The notes under the pieces are model-generated. The model was not told where the DNA came from. It saw only the letters and a list, made by a program, of their open reading frames with translations, and ran no database searches. The position numbers and the translations under genes were made by a program. From Bacillota bacterium (GTDB lineage: Bacteria; Bacillota; SHA-98; UBA4971), in NCBI GenBank assembly GCA_030024085.1, contig JASEJE010000015.1:14375-78374 (forward strand): a DNA stretch of 64,000 nt, given 5' to 3'. Within the stretch, counting starts at the first letter, position 1. Each line of letters opens with the position of its first letter. This document shows positions 9,392 through 18,366 of this stretch, piece by piece.

Positions 9392-10812
9392 GTGTACCTC
9401 TTGACCTGGAACCTGAAGAGCTCCACGTCCTCCTCCGGCGCTATACCGGCCTTGCGCTTTGCAATGGCCACCTGCTCGCGGGCGTCGTCGATCCCCTCGA
9501 GGTCCGGCAGCAGCAGGCCGCTCCTGGCGCCCCTCTTGACGATGACTCCATATACCTTCGGGTCCAGCTCAGCGATGCTGGAGATCTGCTCCGCCGGAGT
9601 CAGCACGTCAACAGAATACGTAAGGTCCTCGAGTTCATCGGGCTCCACAGGCACGAACCTGGGATCTTCGGTGGCGGCCGCGATGGCGTTCCTGATTATC
9701 TCCTCGGCGATGCTGTCTCGCGTGGGGTGAATCGTTCCAATGCATCCCCGGAGCTGCCCGGCTTTCTTGATGGAACAGAAGACCCCCGCACGCCCCCTCA
9801 TCTCTTCCGGCTGGTCCTCCGGGGGATCCACCACGCGACCGTTCCTCGTGTATTCCTCGACCGCCCTGCGCGCGAGACGCACAAGGGCGCTTTCCCCCTC
9901 TCTCGTCTTCAGCATCGCCTTCCGGCGCCTCGCAACCAGTCTCTCCAGGATGGCCCTCTCGCCCGCCCTCTCCCCGGGGCGGAACACCGCGACGGCGTAA
10001 CCCACGCCGAAGGGCCCCTCGTATGAGAGCACCTCGGGCTCGAACCTGCGCCCATCGAGGGTCCCGAGGGCCATGATGAGCGACCTGTATCCGCACTCGC
10101 CCGCGTGTTCCACCAGGCCGTTATCGAGCGCGAGGATCCCCTCCACGTCGCCCGCCCGCACCAGCTCGACTATCCGCGCGTCGAACTCGGCGCCGCGCGG
10201 GTCGTAACCGGACGGCGCGCCGCGAGTGAGCCGGTGCGACATGTCGCCGCTGGCGACGACGACAGCCCTCCGCCCCAGCGTCTCCACAGCCCTCGCTATC
10301 GCCGTGCCGAACATGTACAGCTTCTCGCGGGACAGGAACGCCATCCCCATGACGACCACAGGGACCGTGATCCCCGCCCCGACAACGAAGTGCATCGGGA
10401 CCAGGACCCCGTGGTCCAGTCGGCTGTCCACGTGATATGCACGCCGCTCGCGCTCATCGAGGAGGACCGCAGCCACGCCCATGGCGTCGGCCTGATGCGC
10501 GATCTCACGAGCGAGGGCAAGGTCGTTGTCGAATGAGTAGCCGACTTCGCCCGCCATGAAAAGGGAGAAATCGCCTGAAAGGGGATCGTCAGTGTGGATG
10601 GCGACGGCATCCTCGAAAAGAGGCGCATGGGGGCTGATGACGACCACGACCTCAGGACGGGCGTCCTTCACCATGGCCGCCAGCTTCTTCATGGCATCGG
10701 TCGTCTTGCGCACGGCGCCCAGGTCATGCCCGGCGCCGATCTCCGGGATGAGAAGCGGTGGGTGCGGCGCGAGGGCGCATAGCACCACGTCTCCGCTGCC
10801 TACCTTGCTCAT
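9388..10812 (-). CDS. AmmeMemoRadiSam system fusion protein: N-terminal MEMO1/LigB-like (AmrB) domain plus C-terminal AMMECR1 (AmrA) domain
   Basis: 474 aa. N-terminal dioxygenase-class-III/Memo-like region. C-terminal AMMECR1 motif GVFCSIKKAGQLRGCIG. RBS GGGGAGGGGG. Confidence 0.75.
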   Translation of the reverse strand: MSKVGSGDVVLCALAPHPPLLIPEIGAGHDLGAVRKTTDAMKKLAAMVKDARPEVVVVISPHAPLFEDAVAIHTDDPLSGDFSLFMAGEVGYSFDNDLALAREIAHQADAMGVAAVLLDERERRAYHVDSRLDHGVLVPMHFVVGAGITVPVVVMGMAFLSREKLYMFGTAIARAVETLGRRAVVVASGDMSHRLTRGAPSGYDPRGAEFDARIVELVRAGDVEGILALDNGLVEHAGECGYRSLIMALGTLDGRRFEPEVLSYEGPFGVGYAVAVFRPGERAGERAILERLVARRRKAMLKTREGESALVRLARRAVEEYTRNGRVVDPPEDQPEEMRGRAGVFCSIKKAGQLRGCIGTIHPTRDSIAEEIIRNAIAAATEDPRFVPVEPDELEDLTYSVDVLTPAEQISSIAELDPKVYGVIVKRGARSGLLLPDLEGIDDAREQVAIAKRKAGIAPEEDVELFRFQVKRYT

Positions 10813-10839
10813 GAGAATCCCCCTCCCCGGGCGCAGGCC

Positions 10840-10984
10840 CTAAGCAGATCGCCACAAATCCGCGCTACTTTTCAGCGCGCGAGTCCTGTCCAGCCACCCA
10901 GATTCTCGACGCCCCGCTCTAGCAAGCACCGGCAACCCCAACACCGTCAGGAAAAGTGGCGCAAACTTATGGCGCTATACTTAG
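10840..10984 (-). repeat. Copy 2 of the intergenic repeat family (shorter, internal ~70-nt deletion)
   Basis: TIR-like ends CTAAGCAGATCGCCAC / TGGCGCTATACTTAG. Shares the GCGCTACTTTTCAGCGCGC hairpin and the ...GCAAGCACCGGCAACCCCAACACCGTCAGG... core. Its CTTAG end supplies the TAA stop of ORF 10981..12072. It ends ~30 nt before the amr start codon. Confidence 0.8.
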
Positions 10985-12072
10985 CGTCCGGTAACGACCT
11001 TGTGGACGTACGGCGACGTCATGGCGGCGAGGAGACACCCATAACTCATGGTGAACCTGACCTCGTCTCCCACCCGTATCTCGCGGTCAGCGTCCTCCAC
11101 ATCCAGGATCAGGTGGTCGCTGGACGCCCCAAGCACGTCGATGCCCGACTCGAGCGGCTTGAGGCCCTCCGGGTCGATGTCCTGCCTTCCGCAAGCCAGG
11201 ATGGCCCTCCACCTGATGCCCTTGTCTCTGAACGTGCGCACCTTGCCGAAGGCGTCCTGCCCGATCTCTCCCCGCGGCACCGAAGGCTTCCTCGCCACTT
11301 CGATGGCCTGGGCCGCAAACACGAACGCGTCGAGATGCATGCCGGGAAGAGGCCGTCGGTACGTGACGTCACGGCCCAGGAGCATGGACTCGCCGATACG
11401 AAGCTGGTTTATGCCATGCGGCACCTCGCCGGCCCGGACGAGCGGAATAGAGCTGGAATTGCCGCCTGATATCACCTCGAGGTCAATTCCGAGGTCTCTT
11501 CGGATCCGATCCCGCAAGTGCAAGAGCACGCTCATGTTCTCGTGCGTCGGGATCACCCCGCCATAGCATGCTACGTTTGTCCCGATGCCATGCAGCCTGA
11601 TGCCCTCGACGCGCGCCAGGCGGCCCGCTACATCGGGGGCCGCATCGACCGGCACGCCCTCGCGGAGATCCCCCACGTCCACCATGAGGATGACCCTGTG
11701 CTGGACCCCCCGGGCACGCGCCGCCTCGCCAAGGGCTCTTGCAGTCTCCACCGACGAGATGAGGCTCATGTCGGCCACTCTCACGGCCTCGTCGGCCTCG
11801 CCAAGCATGGGGGCGCGCAAGAGAAGGGTCTCGCAGGAGATGCCGGCCTTACGCATGCGAGCCAGGTTCGCAAGGCGCGAGTCGGCAATCCACCTGACGC
11901 CGCCCCTCAGCATGGCTCTTGCCACCTCGGGGTCGCCGCAGGTCACCTTGGTGACCCCCGCCACCTCGGTGCCGCTCCTCCTGCACATCTCCACGACGAC
12001 CCTGGCGTTCTCCTCGATCTTGTCGAGAGATACCTCCACCCTGGGCGCTACCATGGAAGCTGGGACTGCCAC
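10981..12072 (-). CDS. alanine/ornithine racemase family PLP-dependent enzyme (fold type III)
   Basis: 363 aa with alanine-racemase N-terminal barrel features and a C-terminal beta domain. PLP-Lys context VAGVTKVTCGDP. Confidence 0.65.
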   Translation of the reverse strand: MAVPASMVAPRVEVSLDKIEENARVVVEMCRRSGTEVAGVTKVTCGDPEVARAMLRGGVRWIADSRLANLARMRKAGISCETLLLRAPMLGEADEAVRVADMSLISSVETARALGEAARARGVQHRVILMVDVGDLREGVPVDAAPDVAGRLARVEGIRLHGIGTNVACYGGVIPTHENMSVLLHLRDRIRRDLGIDLEVISGGNSSSIPLVRAGEVPHGINQLRIGESMLLGRDVTYRRPLPGMHLDAFVFAAQAIEVARKPSVPRGEIGQDAFGKVRTFRDKGIRWRAILACGRQDIDPEGLKPLESGIDVLGASSDHLILDVEDADREIRVGDEVRFTMSYGCLLAAMTSPYVHKVVTGR

Positions 12073-12108
12073 GTTCGCATCACCCTCGCCGTCCGGCCCC
12101 TCGCCCGT

Positions 12109-12320
12109 CTAAGTAGATCACCACAGATTCGCGCTATCTTTCAGCGCGCGGGTCCTCTTCAGGGTTGCCGGTGTTGCACGCCGGGGACGGCGCGCTTGCG
12201 GAGCGCCTCGTTAGAATTTGGCGCTTAAGGCTAGCCAAATTCTTGACGCCCCGTCGTGCAGGCACCGGCAACCCCAACACCGCCAGAAAAAGTGTCGCAA
12301 ATTCATGGCGCCATGCTTAG
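12109..12320 (-). repeat. Copy 3 of the intergenic repeat family (full length)
   Basis: CTAAGTAGATCACCAC ... TGGCGCCATGCTTAG. Internal IR GGGTTGCCGGTG / CACCGGCAACCCC. Hairpin GAATTTGGC-GCTTAAGGCTA-GCCAAATTC. Confidence 0.8.
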
Positions 12321-12369
12321 GTCGCCCGACCCGTGCAAGACCCATGTAAATGGATTTCTGAACCCACAC

Positions 12370-13110
12370 TCAGAAGCTCTTGACCTGCCGCCTGTAGTGC
12401 GACACCAGCCAGGCGTTCCTCTCGGCGCTGCCCGGCACGTTCGCGCTGGTGAAGACGGGCGGCTCCTGACCCGTGCCGGCAAGCCTTTCCACCGCCCGCA
12501 CGATGACGTTGTTCAAAATGTACGCGCCGAGTATGGTCGACACAGGGCCCGTCTTGAGGCCCGGGTAGCCGGGCACGTCCACGAGGGCATCCCCGGGAGG
12601 CGCGTGGTTGTCGAGCACGATGTCGGCGATCTCGTAAAGCCGGTATCCCGAGGGATGCCTTGGTCGCGCCGCGGCCGAGGCCTGGCGAGAGGTCAGGGCG
12701 ACGAGGACGAGGCTCCTGGCCCGTGCCTCCAGGGCTATCTCTATGGGCACAGGGTTGATTCCGGAGTTTGAAACGACGATGATGGGCTCGCCTGCGGAGG
12801 TCTCGTGATCGCCCATGATCGCGGCGGCATACCCCGGCAGCCGCTCCAGAATCGTGCTCCTCGCGGCCCCGTTGTGCACCATGAGTCCGGCGTCGAACAT
12901 GGCGTTCACCGGCACAAGGCCGCCTGCGCGATAGAATATCTCCTCCGCGAGCATGTGGGAGTGACCTGCGCCGAAGACGTGGAGCACGCCGCCTGCCGCT
13001 ACCGTCGTCGCGACGGCCTCGGCGGTTTTCTCGATGCCCTCCTGCTCGGCCGAGTCGATCTCATCCATGAGGCGCTTTATCGTGGTGGAATACTCGTCCC
13101 TCAGGCTCAC
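12370..13110 (-). CDS. SIS (sugar isomerase) domain protein, UPF0309-like
   Basis: 246 aa. SIS nucleotide-binding fold pattern (VLHVFGAGHSHMLAEE ... IIVVSNSGINP). Confidence 0.65.
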   Translation of the reverse strand: MSLRDEYSTTIKRLMDEIDSAEQEGIEKTAEAVATTVAAGGVLHVFGAGHSHMLAEEIFYRAGGLVPVNAMFDAGLMVHNGAARSTILERLPGYAAAIMGDHETSAGEPIIVVSNSGINPVPIEIALEARARSLVLVALTSRQASAAARPRHPSGYRLYEIADIVLDNHAPPGDALVDVPGYPGLKTGPVSTILGAYILNNVIVRAVERLAGTGQEPPVFTSANVPGSAERNAWLVSHYRRQVKSF

Positions 13111-13336
13111 ACTGCTCTCCCCCTATCTCGTCTCCTGCGAAGGGCCCTCCGTGGACCGGCCGCGTTCGTAAGCCCGCGCCCAGGGCCAGGAGGAGTGTCC
13201 CGGTCCCTACGGTATTCTACACAGGACGAGCATATCCTTTTCACGCCATTCATGTTCCCCGCGAAATCAGGGAACACCCTGTGGGATGGGTAGAAGGGCG
13301 GAACAGGGGCAGAGCATTCCAGGCGCAGGGGGACGG

Positions 13337-14716
13337 CTACTTTGCGAACCTCACCAGGTCGAAGTTGGGCTCAAGGGGCTCATCGAGGATGACGTGCCCC
13401 GCGATGGTCACGGCCGAGGCGCCTTCCACGAGGATCTGGACGCGCTCCACCTCGGGCAGCTCAGCCAGGGTGTTGACTATCGAGTAGACTGTGATCTCCT
13501 CGGCCCTGCTCCCTCCCCAGTGGCTCGACGCAAGCTCCCGGCTGAAATCCACGTAGGCCACTCCGTCTGCGATGCGAAGCGCCCTCAGCCGCGTTCCCTT
13601 CGGGATCGTGGGACACAGCACACTCCCGCCTGCGGGCCCCTTGAGAAGCTCGGCAACGATCTTCGAGGCCCGCTCCTCGGGCGAGGCGGCCTCCGCTATG
13701 CCCGCAGTCTTGCGTATCTCGGGCAGGAGGTCGTCGTCGAAGTTGGTGGGGCCGGCGAAGTAGAGTATGACCTCGTCATCGGCCGGGTTGAGGGCTGCGC
13801 GCACCTTCGACCTCAGCACTGATTCAGCCCCGTCATGGGGTGGCCCCTCGGTCCGCAAGTCTGACACGGGCTCCGCCCCCGCCCGCTGTCCCTCGGCGCC
13901 CCTGCGCCGCTTGTATGACTCCACGAGGTAGTTCACGGTGCCATGGAAGATCGCCTCGGCCACCCGCCTCCGATAGTCAGGCTGGGCAAGAAGCGACTCC
14001 TCTCGCGGGTTTGAAAGGAAACCCGCCTCCACGATGACTGCAGGCATCTTCGATTTCCTGAGCACGAAGTAGTCGTCGCCCGGCTTGGCCTTCCGCAGGT
14101 TCGGACCGAGGCGGGCCACGAGCTCCTTCTGGATGGCCTGCGCAAGGGCCTTGCTCTCCTCGGACTTGCTGTGATAGAACGTCTGCGCCCCCGACCAGAC
14201 AGGCTCGGGGAAGCTATTCGCGTGGACGCTGATGTAAAGGTCGGCCCCGCTCCGGGCGCCAAGGTCCACCCTGCTCTCCAGGTCCAGGCGCTTGCGCTGC
14301 ATGGGGCCGAGGGATCCGTCCCCGGCCAGGTCCTCGTCCTCGTCCCTTGTCATGACGGTGTACACCGCTACGCGGTTGAACAGGCCTGCAAGGTGGCGTC
14401 CGATGTCCAGCACCACATCTTTCTCGGCAAGCCCCGAGCGGCCGCGCGCTCCGCAATCGTCCCCGCCATGCCCCGGGTCTATGACTATGACCTTCCCGCA
14501 TACGGCGTCTGAAAGCGGGGCGCTCACCCTCACAGCGGCGCGGGCAAGCACGAGCAACATGACCACCACCGCCCCTATAGCAGCGGTGGTCACCAGCCAC
14601 GCTCTGGGCGTCCAGACAACCACCACGGGCCGTTTCAACAGGGCTTCACCCTCTGTGACGAGCATCCCGGCGCATGGCGCGCCGTCGCCCGCTGCCCGGC
14701 ACCCTGCACCCAACAC
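13337..14716 (-). CDS. N-acetylmuramoyl-L-alanine amidase (Amidase_3) with N-terminal TM anchor and C-terminal GerMN domains; true start probably internal (~14665)
   Basis: KVIVIDPGHGGDDCGARG...ISVHANS Amidase_3 motifs. C-terminal GerMN-like region. Confidence 0.7.
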   Translation of the reverse strand: MLGAGCRAAGDGAPCAGMLVTEGEALLKRPVVVVWTPRAWLVTTAAIGAVVVMLLVLARAAVRVSAPLSDAVCGKVIVIDPGHGGDDCGARGRSGLAEKDVVLDIGRHLAGLFNRVAVYTVMTRDEDEDLAGDGSLGPMQRKRLDLESRVDLGARSGADLYISVHANSFPEPVWSGAQTFYHSKSEESKALAQAIQKELVARLGPNLRKAKPGDDYFVLRKSKMPAVIVEAGFLSNPREESLLAQPDYRRRVAEAIFHGTVNYLVESYKRRRGAEGQRAGAEPVSDLRTEGPPHDGAESVLRSKVRAALNPADDEVILYFAGPTNFDDDLLPEIRKTAGIAEAASPEERASKIVAELLKGPAGGSVLCPTIPKGTRLRALRIADGVAYVDFSRELASSHWGGSRAEEITVYSIVNTLAELPEVERVQILVEGASAVTIAGHVILDEPLEPNFDLVRFAK

Positions 14717-14831
14717 AGCATGCGGCGCCCGGCACGCGGCTCTGACGCGCCCCGCTCGCTACCAGAGTTATGCATGCCCGCAGTGAAAAATGCCCTTCAC
14801 GAAGGCGCAAGAGCCGCGCCGGGCCTCTGCG

Positions 14832-15371
14832 CTACGGCCCGGCGCTCCCATGCGTGGCGTCGTGTCCAGCTATGCCTTCCATGACGCGATAGCCGCCCCC
14901 CTTCTCCACCTCACGCGCCGTCGGGAATACCTCGGCCAGCTTGCGAAGGAGGCTCTTCGCCCCCTGCTTCGTCTGGGCGACCAGGACCAGCCTCCCTCCG
15001 GGCTCGAGGTGCCTGGCGGCCTCCTCGATGAGTTCGAACAGGACTCGCTTGCCGGCCCGGATGGGCGGGTTGGACAGGACGAGGTCGAACCTCATGCCTT
15101 CCACCGGCCGAAACCCGGCGCCACATCGCACCTCCACATTGGTGACCCCGTTTTGCGCGGCGTTTCTCCGGGCAAGCTCACACGCCCGCTCGTTCACGTC
15201 CACCATGTATACCCGGCATGTCGGACACGCGAGGGCGGCGGCGATGCCGATGGGCCCGTAGCCGCAGCCGAGGTCGAGCACGACCGCGCCCTCGGAGACC
15301 TCCATAGCGCCTATGAGTAGCTGGGTTCCACGGTCCAGTTTACCCCTGGCGAAAACCCCAGCATCTGTCAC
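14832..15371 (-). CDS. class I SAM-dependent methyltransferase, small-domain (RsmC/RlmG-like)
   Basis: VLDLGCGYGPIG SAM-binding motif I and NPP motif (LSNPPI). Confidence 0.7.
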   Translation of the reverse strand: MTDAGVFARGKLDRGTQLLIGAMEVSEGAVVLDLGCGYGPIGIAAALACPTCRVYMVDVNERACELARRNAAQNGVTNVEVRCGAGFRPVEGMRFDLVLSNPPIRAGKRVLFELIEEAARHLEPGGRLVLVAQTKQGAKSLLRKLAEVFPTAREVEKGGGYRVMEGIAGHDATHGSAGP

Positions 15372-15403
15372 AAACCGTAAACGCCGTCTCTTGATGTCGA
15401 CGA

Positions 15404-16342
15404 CTATCTCCTTCTCGGCGCGGGGCGAGGTCGGCGTCTCCGTGAAGTAGTGCTCTCCCAGTATCGGAAGTCACCCCCCACGCCATGGCGCATGATTCGT
15501 GTGAGCACCGGCATCCGCGCCTTGAAGCGCGTCGCCGCAACGCGCGCCTTTACAGCGTCGATGAACTCCGGGTCAAACCCCATGGCGACAAGCTCCGGCT
15601 TCTTCTTTCTCTCATCGATCATCAGGCAGAGAAGCTTGTCCACATCATCGTAGCTGAAGCCGAGCTCCTCCTCGTCGGTCTGGCCTATCCACAGGTCTGC
15701 ACTCGGCGGCTTTGCAATGATCCCCGGCGGCACCCCGAGGTGGCGGGCAAGCGCCCGGACCTGCGTCTTATAGAGATCGCCTATCGGATCGAAGGCGAAC
15801 GCCAGGTCCCCGTGGAGCGTGCCGTAACCCAGGAGAAGCTCGGTCTTGTTGCTCGTCCCTGCCACAAGCCCCCGCTTCACTGCGGAGAGGTCATAGATGG
15901 CGGCCATCCTCTCACGGGCTATCCTGTTGCCGCGCCTGAGCCTGTCTGCGTCCGGCTCGGCCTCGGGTGGCAGCGCCGCAAAGTAAGCGTCGACCGGGCC
16001 CGTGATGTCCATGACGCAATGGTCGATTCCCAGGATGGTAGCAACCTCCCTTGCGTCGGCGAGGCTCGCAGGGTCCGACGTGCGGTAGGGAAGCATCGCA
16101 CCGAACACGTTCTCCGGGCCGAGTGCGCGGACGCACAGGTATGCGACGACTGAGGAGTCGAGTCCCCCGGATAGGTTGATGACCGCCTTTCTGTAGCCTG
16201 CGAGAGCTACCTGCACCCGCACGAACTCCACGAGGGCCGCCTGGACCTCCTCCAGGTCCAGCTCGAGCCCTGGCACCTTGATAGATTCGTACTGCACCGG
16301 TTTTCTAGAACCTCCCCATGCAAATGCCTCTGGTCTGGCCAA
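15404..16342 (-). CDS. nadE: NH3-dependent NAD+ synthetase
   Basis: PP-loop SGGLDSS. Full-length NadE-like architecture. Confidence 0.85.
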   Translation of the reverse strand: MARPEAFAWGGSRKPVQYESIKVPGLELDLEEVQAALVEFVRVQVALAGYRKAVINLSGGLDSSVVAYLCVRALGPENVFGAMLPYRTSDPASLADAREVATILGIDHCVMDITGPVDAYFAALPPEAEPDADRLRRGNRIARERMAAIYDLSAVKRGLVAGTSNKTELLLGYGTLHGDLAFAFDPIGDLYKTQVRALARHLGVPPGIIAKPPSADLWIGQTDEEELGFSYDDVDKLLCLMIDERKKKPELVAMGFDPEFIDAVKARVAATRFKARMPVLTRIMRHGVGGDFRYWESTTSRRRRPRPAPRRR

Positions 16343-16347
16343 GTGTG

Positions 16348-16533
16348 GGAACAGAGATCACCGCCGCTTTTCCAGGGGTTGCAGGTGTTGCACTCCGGGG
16401 ACGGCGCGTGCGGTGAGCCTCGTTCGAATTTGGCGCTTAAGGCTAGCCAAATTCCAGGCGCCCCGCCCTAGCAAGCACCGGCAACCCCAGCACCGTCAGG
16501 GAAGATGGCGCAAACTTATGGCGCCATACCTAG
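16348..16533 (-). repeat. Copy 4 of the intergenic repeat family (5' TIR degenerate)
   Basis: Shares GGGGTTGCAGGTGTTGCAC...GAATTTGGCGCTTAAGGCTAGCCAAATTC...CACCGGCAACCCCAGCACCGTCAGG...TGGCGCCATACCTAG with copies 1 and 3. The left end (AGAGATCACCGCCGCTTTTCCAG) is degenerate. Confidence 0.7.
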
Positions 16534-16557
16534 TGTGCGCAGGATGGGCCGTTACCG

Positions 16558-17394
16558 CTACTTGCCGGTGAACTCGGGCTTGCGCTTCTCGATGAACGCC
16601 TGCACCCCTTCGCGCATGTCCTCCGTGGCGCACGCGTCTCCGAACCAGCGCGCCTCGATCTCTAGGCCCTCCTCGACACCCGCCCCCAGGCCCTCGTTGA
16701 TCGCCATCTTCGCCAGGCGCACGGCAACGGGGGCCTTCGATGCTATGGTGCCCGCAAGGTCGAGGCAGGCATCCATGAGGCGCGCGTGCGGCACCACTGT
16801 GTTCACGAGGCCGATGGCAAGAGCCTCCCGCGCGTCGATGACCCTGCCTGTAAAGAGCAGTTCCTTCGCGACGGCCGGGCCGACGAGCCTGGCAAGGCGC
16901 TGTGTTCCGCCGTACCCCGGGATGAGGCCGAGGTTCACCTCGGGCTGGCCGAACTTCGCAGCATCCGAGGCGATGCGGATGTCACACGCCATGGCAAGCT
17001 CACACCCGCCCCCGAGGCAGAGGCCGTTCACCGCGGCGATGACCGGCCGCGGAAACGCCGCGATCCTGTTCAACACCGCTTGACCCCGTCTCGACATGTC
17101 CACGCCGGCCTCGCGCGTGAGCCCCGGAAACTCCTTGATGTCGGCTCCCGCCACGAACGCGCGGTCTCCGGCCCCCGTAAGGATGACAGCCCGCAATGCC
17201 GGGTCCCCGGCAAGCTGCGCGAAGGCCTGCCCGATCTCGCCCACGGTCTGGAAGTTGAGTGCGTTCACAGGAGGCCGATCGATGGTCACGATCGCTATCT
17301 CCTTGTCCCAGCGCGCCTTCACAAACTCCAACTCCAACTCCAGCTCCACGTCGGACACCTCCCTCGGCGCGTGAGCGCCTCCTCGCGGTCGCAT
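16558..17394 (-). CDS. enoyl-CoA hydratase/isomerase (crotonase family); N-terminus may be shorter than the ORF
   Basis: Crotonase-fold features throughout the protein. Confidence 0.75.
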   Translation of the reverse strand: MRPRGGAHAPREVSDVELELELEFVKARWDKEIAIVTIDRPPVNALNFQTVGEIGQAFAQLAGDPALRAVILTGAGDRAFVAGADIKEFPGLTREAGVDMSRRGQAVLNRIAAFPRPVIAAVNGLCLGGGCELAMACDIRIASDAAKFGQPEVNLGLIPGYGGTQRLARLVGPAVAKELLFTGRVIDAREALAIGLVNTVVPHARLMDACLDLAGTIASKAPVAVRLAKMAINEGLGAGVEEGLEIEARWFGDACATEDMREGVQAFIEKRKPEFTGK

Positions 17395-17395
17395 C

Positions 17396-17923
17396 TCACA
17401 TCTTGCTGCGCCGCGATATCTCCTTTATGGGTGAGAGTCTCGTCACGCCGACCTCCGTCTCTATGGCGCAGGCAAGGCCGAAAGTGCCATCAGGGACTAC
17501 GAAGGCGAACTTGCCCGAGACGCTCCGGCCCGGGTTCACCTGGCGCATCCAGAGGGACTCCTGGCGGTTTACGTAGTACACGCTCGTGCCGCTGGGGAGG
17601 AACACCTGCCCCCGCCTGTCCACAAGTCGCAGGTCCTGGCAGAGGACGACGACGGGGGAGCGGTTCCGGATCTCCATGTCCACTATGAGGAGATCAGGTC
17701 CCCAGAACTCCGCGCTCCTCACGGTCACCTGAAGGGTGCGCCGCAGGCATAGAAGATCCCACAGTATCCTCGCGCGCTCGAGAAACTCGGGCGCGCCGGG
17801 AACGAGCGCGGGTTGCCTGATCACGACGACTCCTGCCACGATGCATGCGGCAACAAGCCACTGCGCCGCGGTCACGAAAACGCGTCGTCGCCGCCTGGCC
17901 CTTCTCGGCACGTACCTCCGCAA
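17396..17923 (-). CDS. hypothetical membrane-anchored protein (Arg-rich N-terminus plus one TM helix)
   Basis: TTG start 6 nt after GGAGGGTG. One TM helix VAACIVAGVVVI. No recognised motif. Preceded by an AT-rich island and a direct repeat. Confidence 0.4.
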   Translation of the reverse strand: MRRYVPRRARRRRRVFVTAAQWLVAACIVAGVVVIRQPALVPGAPEFLERARILWDLLCLRRTLQVTVRSAEFWGPDLLIVDMEIRNRSPVVVLCQDLRLVDRRGQVFLPSGTSVYYVNRQESLWMRQVNPGRSVSGKFAFVVPDGTFGLACAIETEVGVTRLSPIKEISRRSKM

Positions 17924-18334
17924 GATTCACCCTCCAGAGCCGACCACGTTTGGCCGACCACGTTTGCTTGTTGAATAGTTCGGGAAATGGCCCGCATTTC
18001 CTTCCGCGCTGAAGTGGCAGCCCACATTCCGCAGGTAGAATATGCCACATCGTAATTACCGATGGCGCTTGAGCTCATAGATTCACAGAAGATTGCAGCT
18101 TAATGCTTTCACAATCTTCTGATCGACCACAAACCGCGACATAAAGCCATCTGTCAAATTCTACGTGCGGAGAGCCGGCGGCAGGAAGACGACCAGGCTG
18201 CTGGCGGGAGCCCGAGGACATCATGAGAGGGACAAAAGCGGATAGGGAAAACCGGCCCCCCTCCCCGGCGACGGGGCAGGGCGACCGGTTCCTGAATCGC
18301 GCAACATGCTCGCCCTCCGGTGGAGGGCCGCTTC

Positions 18335-18362
18335 TCGGAAAAGGCCGCTTCTCGAAGAGCGG
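18335..18362 (-). terminator. possible intrinsic terminator of the rplM-rpsI transcription unit
   Basis: Minus strand reads CCGCTCTTCGAGAAGCGG followed by CCTTTTCC, starting 5 nt after the rpsI stop. The stem is imperfect. Confidence 0.3.
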
Positions 18363-18366
18363 ACTC

